IMG/VR virus record: IMGVR_UViG_3300025890_000008
Length of the DNA stretch: 36,834 nucleotides
Origin: a virus
Strand: one strand, 5' to 3'
The notes under the pieces were generated by a model. That model saw nothing but the letters and a program-made list of their open reading frames with translations, ran no database searches and was not told where the DNA came from. A program made the translations under genes and the position numbers. Of this stretch, positions 16,656 to 25,263 are shown in pieces. The stretch's first letter is position 1. The number at the start of each line of letters is the position of its first letter.

Positions 16656-17833
16656 ATTTAATTGATTACGCTAAAACTAATCGTCAGCGAGAAGTTTTAA
16701 AATGCTGGGAAAAACATAACAGAAATTCTGTCCGGGCTAGTGGAGATTTAGGAATTACGTCTTCTACTGTTAGGGATATCATTAACACCATTAGATCGAG
16801 AGCTTCTGCTGCAGGTTTTAGCGAAAATTGGGACGCTACACGTCACGTACCTACAGGTGAGCACGTTATTGGTCGCTCAATCTACACTGAAGATGATGAA
16901 GGCAATAAAGCGTGGCTTAAAACTAAACGCAATATATTACAAGCTGAAAGAGAACAGGCATTAAAAGCTTTTGTAGAAGAAATTAAAACAACATTGGTTC
17001 CTGTTGCTAAAAAACCAAAAGCTAAAAAGCATAATAAAGATTTATATATGCCCACGATTATTATTGGGGACGCTCACATAGGTATGAGGGCTGACGGATC
17101 AGAAACTAGAGACAGAGATTTTGATTCTAAGATTGCATCAAAAGAAATCTTAGCTGCTGTAGACAACCTAACAGATAAAATGCCTGAAGCTAAAACAGGC
17201 ATGCTAGTCCAAGTTGGTGATTTTACGCACTCTGATGGCTCTAGCCCATTTACTACAAAGGGCACGTTAGTTGATGTAGATACGCGGTTTGAAAAGATTA
17301 TGCGAACCGCAGCAAATGTAATGATACATTCTATAAACCGAATGTTAGATAAGTGTGGCACAGTTCATGTTGTTGTCGCGAGGGGTAATCATGATTCTGA
17401 TGCCGCTATTGCAGTACAACTTATTTTAGAATTTTATTATTCTAACGAGCCAAGAATTAATATTTTAAAATCAAAAGGATTCTTTCATTATTTACAGTGG
17501 GGCAAATGGTTATTTGGTATCCATCATGGTGACAAGATAAAAGCTGCAAAACTAGCTCAAATCATGCCTAGAGATATGCCAAACGCCTGGGGTAGCACTA
17601 CACATAGATTATGGTTTGTTGGTCACTTTCATCACGCAAGTGTACAGGAATTTGAGGGAGTTACAGTCCAGAAGTTTGGCACATTAGCACCACCAGATGC
17701 GTGGCATGCAGGAAAGGGTTACGGCTCAGACCATACAATGTCGATGATTGTTTTTAAGAAAAATGGCGGAAGAAATATTACTTGCACGTATGAAATCGAT
17801 AAGCAGTACAGTGAACCGGATGTAGTAATATAA
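16652..17833 (+). CDS. HTH-domain plus calcineurin-like metallophosphoesterase fusion
   Basis: The phosphoesterase motifs IIIGDAHIG, VQVGDFTHSD, ARGNHDS and VGHFHH appear in canonical order. The N-terminal REVLKCWEKHNRNSVRASGDLGITSSTVRDIINTI looks like a helix-turn-helix. The start is uncertain: no ATG precedes the domain, so I used the TTG at 16652, which overlaps the upstream stop. The TTG at 16604 is an alternative. Confidence 0.7.
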   Translation: MNLIDYAKTNRQREVLKCWEKHNRNSVRASGDLGITSSTVRDIINTIRSRASAAGFSENWDATRHVPTGEHVIGRSIYTEDDEGNKAWLKTKRNILQAEREQALKAFVEEIKTTLVPVAKKPKAKKHNKDLYMPTIIIGDAHIGMRADGSETRDRDFDSKIASKEILAAVDNLTDKMPEAKTGMLVQVGDFTHSDGSSPFTTKGTLVDVDTRFEKIMRTAANVMIHSINRMLDKCGTVHVVVARGNHDSDAAIAVQLILEFYYSNEPRINILKSKGFFHYLQWGKWLFGIHHGDKIKAAKLAQIMPRDMPNAWGSTTHRLWFVGHFHHASVQEFEGVTVQKFGTLAPPDAWHAGKGYGSDHTMSMIVFKKNGGRNITCTYEIDKQYSEPDVVI

Positions 17834-18072
17834 TGGAAAATAGAATCGATAGAATCGAAAGCAAGATAGATGATCTACAAGAAGCTGTTGTTTCTTTAGC
17901 GCGTGTAGAGGAAAGGATTACGACTATATTTAATCGTCAAACTTTGATTGAAACTAAAATTAGTACAATGGATGAAAAATTACAGAATATATCCCCATCT
18001 GTTGTGTTTGGAGAGCGGGTATTTTGGATAATCATTGTTGCGACTGCAACTGTAATAGGAAGAATGCTATGA
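17833..18072 (+). CDS. XhlA-like lysis-associated membrane protein
   Basis: N-terminal coiled coil (MENRIDRIESKIDDLQEAVVSLARVEERI) plus a C-terminal transmembrane segment (VFWIIIVATATVIG). It lies directly upstream of the holin. Confidence 0.55.
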   Translation: MENRIDRIESKIDDLQEAVVSLARVEERITTIFNRQTLIETKISTMDEKLQNISPSVVFGERVFWIIIVATATVIGRML

Positions 18073-18182
18073 AAAAAATAGGCAAGTGGGTAAGAAATCT
18101 GGTTCAAACTGCTACTGAAAAGCAAGTGGGCATAGCAGTGGTAGTTCTTGTCATTGTTCTAATAGGGCTTGGCGCAGCATGA
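18069..18182 (+). CDS. Single-pass membrane miniprotein (37 aa). Holin or antiholin-like candidate.
   Basis: Hand translation: MKKIGKWVRNLVQTATEKQVGIAVVVLVIVLIGLGAA*. ATGA overlaps at both ends. Confidence 0.45.
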   Translation: MKKIGKWVRNLVQTATEKQVGIAVVVLVIVLIGLGAA

Positions 18183-18577
18183 TTAGTGCGTTAATAGGCC
18201 CGGTTAGTGCCATACTAGATAAGGTTATTCCTGATACAAACTTAAAAGAAAAGTTGTCTCATGAAATAGCTACGATGGCTGAACGTCATACCCAAGAACA
18301 GGTTATGGCGCAGATCGAGGTTAATAAAATTGAAGCAGCTCATAATAGTATGTTTGTTGCTGGCTGGCGACCTGCTATTGGTTGGATATGCGCTTTGGGC
18401 ATGGCTGGCAACTTTTTAATTATACCGTTTGTAAACATGGCTCTTGAGTTATTTGAAACGGGTGTAGAGATACCGTTAATAGCATTGAGTGAGATGATGC
18501 CTGTTCTAATGGGCATGTTGGGTTTAGGCGCAATGAGAACCTTTGAGAAAACTAAAGGTGTTTCGAGGGAAAAATAA
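18179..18577 (+). CDS. Holin (3-TM, GTA-holin-like family)
   Basis: ALIGPVSAILDKVIPD ... FVAGWRPAIGWICALGMAGNFLIIPF ... MPVLMGMLGLGAMRTFEK matches my recollection of Pfam GTA_holin_3TM. Confidence 0.65.
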   Translation: MISALIGPVSAILDKVIPDTNLKEKLSHEIATMAERHTQEQVMAQIEVNKIEAAHNSMFVAGWRPAIGWICALGMAGNFLIIPFVNMALELFETGVEIPLIALSEMMPVLMGMLGLGAMRTFEKTKGVSREK

Positions 18578-20532
18578 TGGATAATCCATTTATTACTGGC
18601 CTTGCTGCGGCAGGAAGACAAGTACGAAACAATACTGTTGGAACCGTTGACTCTCTTTCTGGAGATGATGGCAGTTCTAGTATAGATTATACCCCTTGGG
18701 ATGAGCTTTTGGGTTTTTATGCTAAAGAAAGCACTGAAGGCTCTGAATCGGAAGTAGCCAGCATTTTAGCTGACCAGGCTAGAGGTCAGCTAGATTTATT
18801 ATATGGCTCCGAATTGCCTGAAAACGAAAAAGCAGCACTCCTCGCGGATTATTTGCAAAGGTCTGGATTTAGTGCAGACATTGTTCCGCAACTAAGTGGT
18901 GGTCAGTTTACTAAAGAAGACGTAGTTTCAACTTTAGCCAAATATGGCTACGGCTCTAGCGGTCAACAGTTACCAAGCACAGAAGAAAGAGGGGAAATTT
19001 TAGGAGGAGATTATCCATTTGCTAATCAAGCTATGGGAACTACAGAAGTTACCCAAGATACCGTTAATCAAATTCTTGCTGGAGCTATAGCAGCCCGTCA
19101 AGAAATTATGGGAGACACTGCTTTTCCTACAAGAGAACAAGAGTTAGCTGTACAAGCAGCGGTTGCTGATTTGTTTTTTAATGCTGGTATTGGAGTAGAC
19201 CAAAGCACAATTAATCCGTACAGCTTAGAGGGAGATTCTCTTGGTCGGTTTGTAGACCGGATTACAGTTGTAGATGAAACTGCTGAATCTAGTAGTTCTG
19301 CCGCTGCTGAAGCTGCTGCCGCCGATTCTTCTGCTGATTCTTCTGCCGCCGATTCTTCTGCTGATTCTTCTGCTGATTCTTCTGCTGATTCTACGGCCTT
19401 ATTAGATAACGAGCTTTTAAAAGCAGATTCTGCTCTAGGCGATAGTACACTATCAGACGATTCTTCAACAATTGATGGCGTAACAATTACAGGCGCATCT
19501 GGGCCTATAAGCACATCTGGGCCTATAGATACAAGAACTACAAGCACAACAACAGATTCTGAATCTGCGTCTTCTTATTCATGGATATATGAAAACGGTA
19601 AGTTTGTTTACGCTCCTTTTGATATTAATGGCACTAGACTTCCTGGTGGAGAAACAGTTTCTGTAGGGGATGTTAGTGGTACTGAAGGAAAAGTTTTTAC
19701 AGAAGGAGAAACTGTAAGTATTTTAGACTTGGAAGAAGGATTTAAATTAGAGCATGGAGGAGCTCCAGAAGATACAGGTGGTGTAACTACAAACACAACA
19801 GTTGACCTATCTGGATTGCTTGATATAACTGGCCCTGCTACTGGCTCTATTATTGGCCCTATTGTTACAGGCGGGGGTTTAGTGAATGATGTAATTAATA
19901 ATGTGCTTACAGATACCACAGATACTACAGATACTACAGATAATGCTGATGAATTAGACGGATTAGACGGTGCTGATGGTAATGACGGATTAGACGGATT
20001 AGACGGATTAGACGGATTAGACGGAGATGATGGATTAGATGGTGATGATGTAGATGATGTAGATGATGAATTAAATGGATTAGACGGAGCTGACGGAGCT
20101 GACGGAGCTGACGGAGCTGATGGTGCTGATGGTGCTGATGGAGCTGATGGTGATGACGGAGCTGATGGCTTAGATGGCTTAGATGGCTTAGATGGCTTAG
20201 ATGGCTTAGATGGCTTAGATGGCTTAGATGGCTTAGATGGAACAGATGGAACAGATGGAGCAGATGGCTTAGATGGAGCTGATGGAGCTGATGGAACAGA
20301 TGGATTAGATGGAGCTACAGGAGCTACAGGAGCTACAGGAGCTGCGGGAGAACAAGGAGAAAAAGGAGAAAAAGGCGAGGCTGGGAAAGATGGAATGATA
20401 GGATTGTTTAGCCGAGTCATTAATGAAACACCTATTGCAGATTCAATTTTGTTTGAGCCAAAGTTTACGAAACTAGATAACATTCCAGTTGGGATGTTCG
20501 AGCGATTTTTACAGGCCGCAGGAGGCAGGTAG
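18577..20532 (+). CDS. Acidic virion protein with Ser/Asp repeats and a long collagen-like Gly-X-Y domain
   Basis: 651-aa ORF. It has SSADSS repeats, DTT x3, then 10 plus about 36 Gly-X-Y triplets, mostly G-L/A/T-D and ending GEQGEKGEKGEAGKDG. Confidence 0.75.
   Translation: MDNPFITGLAAAGRQVRNNTVGTVDSLSGDDGSSSIDYTPWDELLGFYAKESTEGSESEVASILADQARGQLDLLYGSELPENEKAALLADYLQRSGFSADIVPQLSGGQFTKEDVVSTLAKYGYGSSGQQLPSTEERGEILGGDYPFANQAMGTTEVTQDTVNQILAGAIAARQEIMGDTAFPTREQELAVQAAVADLFFNAGIGVDQSTINPYSLEGDSLGRFVDRITVVDETAESSSSAAAEAAAADSSADSSAADSSADSSADSSADSTALLDNELLKADSALGDSTLSDDSSTIDGVTITGASGPISTSGPIDTRTTSTTTDSESASSYSWIYENGKFVYAPFDINGTRLPGGETVSVGDVSGTEGKVFTEGETVSILDLEEGFKLEHGGAPEDTGGVTTNTTVDLSGLLDITGPATGSIIGPIVTGGGLVNDVINNVLTDTTDTTDTTDNADELDGLDGADGNDGLDGLDGLDGLDGDDGLDGDDVDDVDDELNGLDGADGADGADGADGADGADGADGDDGADGLDGLDGLDGLDGLDGLDGLDGLDGTDGTDGADGLDGADGADGTDGLDGATGATGATGAAGEQGEKGEKGEAGKDGMIGLFSRVINETPIADSILFEPKFTKLDNIPVGMFERFLQAAGGR
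19324..19392 (+). repeat. 12-nt tandem repeat (gattcttctgct, about 5.5 copies) encoding (DSSA)n
   Basis: Read directly. In frame within the 18577..20532 CDS. Confidence 0.9.
19960..20409 (+). repeat. 9-nt periodic coding repeats (collagen-like). Includes 8 perfect tandem copies of ggcttagat at 20167-20238.
   Basis: Triplets counted codon by codon: 10 Gly-X-Y (19960-20049), a 9-residue VDDVDDELN break that preserves the register, then 36-37 uninterrupted Gly-X-Y (20077-20409). Confidence 0.9.
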
Positions 20533-21180
20533 ATGACATATTTAGAAGCAATTAATAACGTCCTCCGCAGATTAAGAGAAGATGAAGTAACTACTACGCA
20601 AGAAACTTCGTATTCTGGTTTGATAGGCGATCTAGTAAATGATGCAAAAAAACTAGTAGAAGACTCATGGACTTGGTCTGCATTACGCAGCACCATAGAA
20701 GTACCCACAGTAATTGGTCAAGCAGAGTATTCTCTTACTGGCTCCGGTCAAAGCGCAGTTATTAAACAAGCAATGAGCAGTAGTGGTTACGGTTTTTTGA
20801 CGCTGAATACTGTCCCATATTTTGACAACCTATACTTTAATCAAACTCCTGCTAGTGCAGTTCCTACTGATTACATTGTCAGTGGAGTAGATGATAACGA
20901 TGATCTAAAGGTAAAGGTTTATCCACAGCCTGACGCTGTGTATACATTAAGATTTGACATAGCTGCGCCACAGACCCTATTAACAGCAGATGCTACTAAG
21001 ATTAAAGTTCCGTATCATCCTGTTGTACAGATGGCTTATGCTATGGCTCTTCGCGAAAGAGGTGAGACAGGTGGTCAGTCAGCAGCAGAGCAGTTTGCCG
21101 TAGCTTCTTCTGCGTTATCAGATGCAATAGCAGTAGACGCTAACAGATACCCCTTAGAAACAACTTACATGGTGGTATAG
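20533..21180 (+). CDS. Putative tail adaptor or tail tubular protein A-like
   Basis: 215-aa ORF directly upstream of a 509-aa tail-type protein and the internal-protein genes. Assigned by synteny with podovirus late operons. Confidence 0.5.
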   Translation: MTYLEAINNVLRRLREDEVTTTQETSYSGLIGDLVNDAKKLVEDSWTWSALRSTIEVPTVIGQAEYSLTGSGQSAVIKQAMSSSGYGFLTLNTVPYFDNLYFNQTPASAVPTDYIVSGVDDNDDLKVKVYPQPDAVYTLRFDIAAPQTLLTADATKIKVPYHPVVQMAYAMALRERGETGGQSAAEQFAVASSALSDAIAVDANRYPLETTYMVV

Positions 21181-22710
21181 ATGGCTCAACAATTACAGAG
21201 CATTACAATAACAGCACCTGGCTTCGCGGGTATTAACACCCAAGACGCGCCACTAGCTCAAGAGCCTAGCTTTTCGGCTGTGGCAGATAACTGCGTGATT
21301 GATAAAGAGGGCAGGATAGCCGCAAGAAAAGGTTATAGCATGATCTCAACTAACGGAGCTTCAGTTCTAGGTAGCTCTGATGGCATTGAAGCTATGGGTG
21401 AGTTCGTAGCTAATGATGGTGATATTACATTTTTATCAGCAGGTAATAACAAAATCTTTACAGGAACAACTACTCTAGTAGATGCCACTCCTGGTTCATA
21501 TACTATTTCTGCTAACAACTGGAAGTTTGTATCGTTTAATGACCATATGTATATGTTTCAGCGTGGTCAAGAACCGCTGCTGTATTCTGACCATGCAGGT
21601 ACAGTAGAAAAGATGTCTGCCCATGCACACGCAACAGGAACACCGCCACAGGGCAATGAGTGTCTCGCAGCGTTCGGTAGGTTATGGGTAGCAGACTTTA
21701 CAAACGATAAGTCTACGATCTACTGGTCTGATCTACTCAACGGTACACACTGGACAGGAGGGTCTACGGGATCGATAGACATAACTACAGTCTGGCCTAC
21801 AGGGTACGATACAATCGTTGCCTTGGCCGCTCACAATGGTTTCTTGGTGATCTTTGGGCGCAACTCTATTGTTCTATATGATGGAGCCGAAAGCCCAGCA
21901 AGCATGACCCTCGCGGATACTATCTCTAATGTGGGCTGTGTTTCCAGAGATGCCGTAGTATCTACTGGTAAAGACTTAATATTCTTAGATGATTCTGGTG
22001 TTCGTAGCCTAGCTAGAACAATTCAAGAGAAGTCAGCACCAATTGGTGATATATCTAAGAATGTAAACAATGATATTAAATCCCTCTTTGCGGCAGAGAC
22101 AGGGAATATCAGCATGCACTACTCTCCGCGTGAGGCGTTTGTGTTGCTGAACTTTCAAGAATTAGCTGTAGTGTATTGTTTTGATACACGTTTCCCATTA
22201 CAAGATGGCAGCTACAGGGCGACTACTTGGTCGCATATTAACCCATTAATCTTTGCTAATACTGCTGCTGAAGATTTATACATTGGTAACAGTGCAGGTC
22301 TTGCTCAATACACAGGCTTTAATGATGGGACTAGCAGCTATTTATTAAGTTATTTTAGTCATCCTTTGAGCTTTGGTGACACAGCTAATTTAAAATTCTT
22401 AAAGAAGATTAATTTAACTACCTTTGATGGAGCAGAATCTACTGTTGTATTAAACTGGGCATACGACTATTCAGGCGCATACAAGAAACAAGCGTATACT
22501 TTGCCAGCCTCTAATGTGGGACAATACAATATTTCTGAATTTAATACGACAGCGGAGTATTCTTCTTCCATTTCTCTAATAAAACGAAAGAAAATTAATA
22601 CGTCAGGACAGGGTACAGTAGTAGCCGTTGGCGTAGAAACTACAGTTGATGGCAAGACAATTGCCTTGCAAGAAATTAATATTCAAGCCCTAATGGGAAG
22701 GATTGTGTAA
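21181..22710 (+). CDS. Putative tail nozzle or tail tubular protein B-like
   Basis: 509-aa ORF. Assigned by synteny only. Confidence 0.5.
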   Translation: MAQQLQSITITAPGFAGINTQDAPLAQEPSFSAVADNCVIDKEGRIAARKGYSMISTNGASVLGSSDGIEAMGEFVANDGDITFLSAGNNKIFTGTTTLVDATPGSYTISANNWKFVSFNDHMYMFQRGQEPLLYSDHAGTVEKMSAHAHATGTPPQGNECLAAFGRLWVADFTNDKSTIYWSDLLNGTHWTGGSTGSIDITTVWPTGYDTIVALAAHNGFLVIFGRNSIVLYDGAESPASMTLADTISNVGCVSRDAVVSTGKDLIFLDDSGVRSLARTIQEKSAPIGDISKNVNNDIKSLFAAETGNISMHYSPREAFVLLNFQELAVVYCFDTRFPLQDGSYRATTWSHINPLIFANTAAEDLYIGNSAGLAQYTGFNDGTSSYLLSYFSHPLSFGDTANLKFLKKINLTTFDGAESTVVLNWAYDYSGAYKKQAYTLPASNVGQYNISEFNTTAEYSSSISLIKRKKINTSGQGTVVAVGVETTVDGKTIALQEINIQALMGRIV

Positions 22711-22943
22711 TGTCTAACTACACGAAGATCACGAACTTCGCTGCCAAAGACGCTATGGTTAGCGGTAACCCCGCTAAAGTAATTAAAGGTGTTGAGGTAG
22801 GGGCTGAGTACGATGCAATTGCTGTAGCAGTAAACAGTAAATCAAACTCTGCATCTCCTACATTCACAGGAACAGTAACCGCAGCTAACCTAACGGTGAG
22901 TGGTACGTCTACGTTTGGAACTATTGATGGAGGTACTTACTAA
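22710..22943 (+). CDS. Short protein resembling a tail-fibre N-terminal module
   Basis: MSNYTKITNFAAKDAMVSGNPAKVIKGVEVGAEYDAIAVAVNSKSNSASPTFTGTVTA follows the pattern usually seen at the start of long fibre proteins, but here the ORF stops after 77 aa. Confidence 0.55.
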   Translation: MSNYTKITNFAAKDAMVSGNPAKVIKGVEVGAEYDAIAVAVNSKSNSASPTFTGTVTAANLTVSGTSTFGTIDGGTY

Positions 22944-24016
22944 TGGCCTGGTATGACGGTTTAATTGGCGGCACTACAGGAGGTTTACTCTCTGCTATAG
23001 GTAGCGCAGCAGCTCAAGAGAAAGCAATTAGAGATATTGAAAAAGCTGGTGAGCGCGATGTCAAAACAGTATATGGCGATATGCCTCCTGTTGCGGCTAG
23101 TGGCGGATTAATGGGTGAGATTAGCCGCCAATCGCAGTTCAAGCCATTCGGTGTTACTACTCCTACAGGGAGCCAAGCCTCTATAGGGGCTACTGGCGGG
23201 TTAACTGCTACGTTAAGCCCTGAAGAGCAAGCCTTGCAAAATCGATTGCTAGGGTTTAGCTCTCAAGCCTTTGGGATGCTAAGTGATCCAGCGCAAAGAG
23301 AGCAAGAGCAAACATCACTTATTAATATGCTGACTCAAGACCCTACGGCAAGAGCTGCGCGAGAGCAGGAGATTATGGATAATCTCACAGCCTTGCAAGC
23401 ACCCGAACAAGAGCGGCAACGCCTGGGATTAGAGGAGCGTTTGTATGGTCAGGGCAGAACAGGAGTTAGAACCAGCATGTTTGGGGGCACTCCTGAAGCT
23501 TTAGCATTAGAAAAAGCTATTCAAGAACAGCAAGCTGGATCAGCTTTAACAGCTATGGAACAAGCAAGAGCAGAGCAAGCTTTAACATCGCAGCAAACAT
23601 TAGCAGGACTAGGAGAGCTACGAGGTAGAATGACCTTGGCTGGTGACTTAGGGCTACAAGCTATTCCAGGTGCGTATCAAGGACAGCAACAGCTCTTGGC
23701 TAATTTGCAGCCATCATTAGAAGCTGCAAGACTAGGGTCAGCTTTACAAAGCACAGGTTTAGGATTGGGAACAGGACTAGCAGAGTCTACTTTAGAAGCA
23801 CAGCTTGGTTACTCAGCACTCGCTAATGCGCTACGTCAGCAGCAGTTCCAAGGATTGTTTGATCTGTTAAAGGGTGAGCAAACTAAAGATTCTTCTTCAG
23901 GAGGAGCTGCTACAGATCCTAACTTTAGATTTTACGATCCAAACACTTATCAAAATGCTAATCTGCAAGATATCGGCAACATTGCAAATGCAGCTTCAGG
24001 TCTTTTCGGGAGATAA
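22943..24016 (+). CDS. Putative internal virion or ejection protein (Q/A/L-rich)
   Basis: 357-aa ORF with a Gly-rich hydrophobic N-terminus. It sits downstream of the tail genes. Confidence 0.55.
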   Translation: MAWYDGLIGGTTGGLLSAIGSAAAQEKAIRDIEKAGERDVKTVYGDMPPVAASGGLMGEISRQSQFKPFGVTTPTGSQASIGATGGLTATLSPEEQALQNRLLGFSSQAFGMLSDPAQREQEQTSLINMLTQDPTARAAREQEIMDNLTALQAPEQERQRLGLEERLYGQGRTGVRTSMFGGTPEALALEKAIQEQQAGSALTAMEQARAEQALTSQQTLAGLGELRGRMTLAGDLGLQAIPGAYQGQQQLLANLQPSLEAARLGSALQSTGLGLGTGLAESTLEAQLGYSALANALRQQQFQGLFDLLKGEQTKDSSSGGAATDPNFRFYDPNTYQNANLQDIGNIANAASGLFGR

Positions 24017-24018
24017 TC

Positions 24019-25263
24019 ATGGCTATAAATATATCTACGCTGTTTGCAGACATTATTGATACTCCTGAACAACGCCAGGAGAAACTGCTACAACAAGGCA
24101 TGGCTCAAGGCCAGCTATTAGCATCAGGTCTTACAGGCCGGGCTAGAGCATTAGCTCCTCTTGCTCAAATGGCAGGTCAGTTAGGTGTGCAGCGTAACGA
24201 AGACATTCGCAGGGCAGTACAGCCTATGTTTGGGATTGATCCCAGGACTGATTCTGAAAAGATGGCAGAAAAAATAGGACAAATAGATGCATCTACACCA
24301 GAAGGTTTGTTACAAGCAGCTCAAGGTTTGCAAAATGTTGACCCTGTTAGAGCGGCAGCTTTACGTCAGGCCGCGAGTGAGATGCGTGTAGAGCTATCAG
24401 ACAAAGCAAGAACTTTTGAAAGGCAAGATGAGTCTGATGCCAGAGCAAGAAGGGCTGAAGAAAGAGCCATAAGGGCAGCAGAAAGAGAAGAAACATCTTT
24501 TGAATGGAGAACCGAAGATCAAATAAGAAATAAAAAATTATTTGATAATAGCATTATAACTTTTAATAACAATCTAAGTGATAGACTGCAAACACAAGCA
24601 GATAAAGAGCAAGAAATTAATTCTTCTAATATTCTTAAAGAAAGTCTTGCTGAACAAATGTTAGAGCGCGATCCAGAGAATCCTTATCTTAGTATATTGC
24701 AGGATGCAGATTCTTTTATTCCATTACCTGAATTGCGTTTAATTGAAAATAATTTTAAAAATGGTTTAGATATAGACATAGGCGTATATACAGTTTTTGA
24801 TGACAAAACTGGCAAAAATATGATTATGAGTTTTAACAAAAAAACTGGCGAACAGCTACAAGTAATTGGCGAAAGTGCAAGAACTGCAAGCAGAACAGAA
24901 AGAGAGGTTCCTAATCTTTCTAATGCTAGAAGAGGCGATTTAGAACAGGCAGTAAATAATGAGCCGCTATTTGAAAAATACAGAATATTTGACATGGTAG
25001 CAGGCGATAAAATAGCAGGAAGAAATGCTCTGGTTGATATGCTGCATAATTATAGTGAAAGAAATAACGAAACTTACGTTCAAAGCATTGCTAAATTAAG
25101 ACAAGAGTTTCAAAAAATAGATGACGCAGAAACCTCAGAAGAGCAAGATAAATTAAAAGAAATGTTAGGAACAATACTTTCCGCAGGATTGCTGCCATCA
25201 GAATCGTTTGTAACAGCAGAAGAAGCAGAAGAAGCAGACGCCGATGGTTGGAGTATTAAATAA
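24019..25263 (+). CDS. Putative internal virion protein
   Basis: 414-aa charged helical ORF. Assigned by synteny. Confidence 0.55.
   Translation: MAINISTLFADIIDTPEQRQEKLLQQGMAQGQLLASGLTGRARALAPLAQMAGQLGVQRNEDIRRAVQPMFGIDPRTDSEKMAEKIGQIDASTPEGLLQAAQGLQNVDPVRAAALRQAASEMRVELSDKARTFERQDESDARARRAEERAIRAAEREETSFEWRTEDQIRNKKLFDNSIITFNNNLSDRLQTQADKEQEINSSNILKESLAEQMLERDPENPYLSILQDADSFIPLPELRLIENNFKNGLDIDIGVYTVFDDKTGKNMIMSFNKKTGEQLQVIGESARTASRTEREVPNLSNARRGDLEQAVNNEPLFEKYRIFDMVAGDKIAGRNALVDMLHNYSERNNETYVQSIAKLRQEFQKIDDAETSEEQDKLKEMLGTILSAGLLPSESFVTAEEAEEADADGWSIK

Noticed and set aside
19960-20409. Periodic short repeats considered as a CRISPR-like or non-coding satellite array
   Set aside because: The period is 9 bp with no spacers, and the repeats are strictly in frame as Gly-X-Y codons of a long ORF. 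This is a coding repeat.
19608-20708. 366-aa minus-strand ORF (PSKPSKPSK..., PSAPSAPSA...)
   Set aside because: It is an antisense shadow of the collagen-like 9-bp repeats. It is low-complexity, has no ribosome-binding site, and overlaps two well-supported plus-strand genes in a unidirectional operon.
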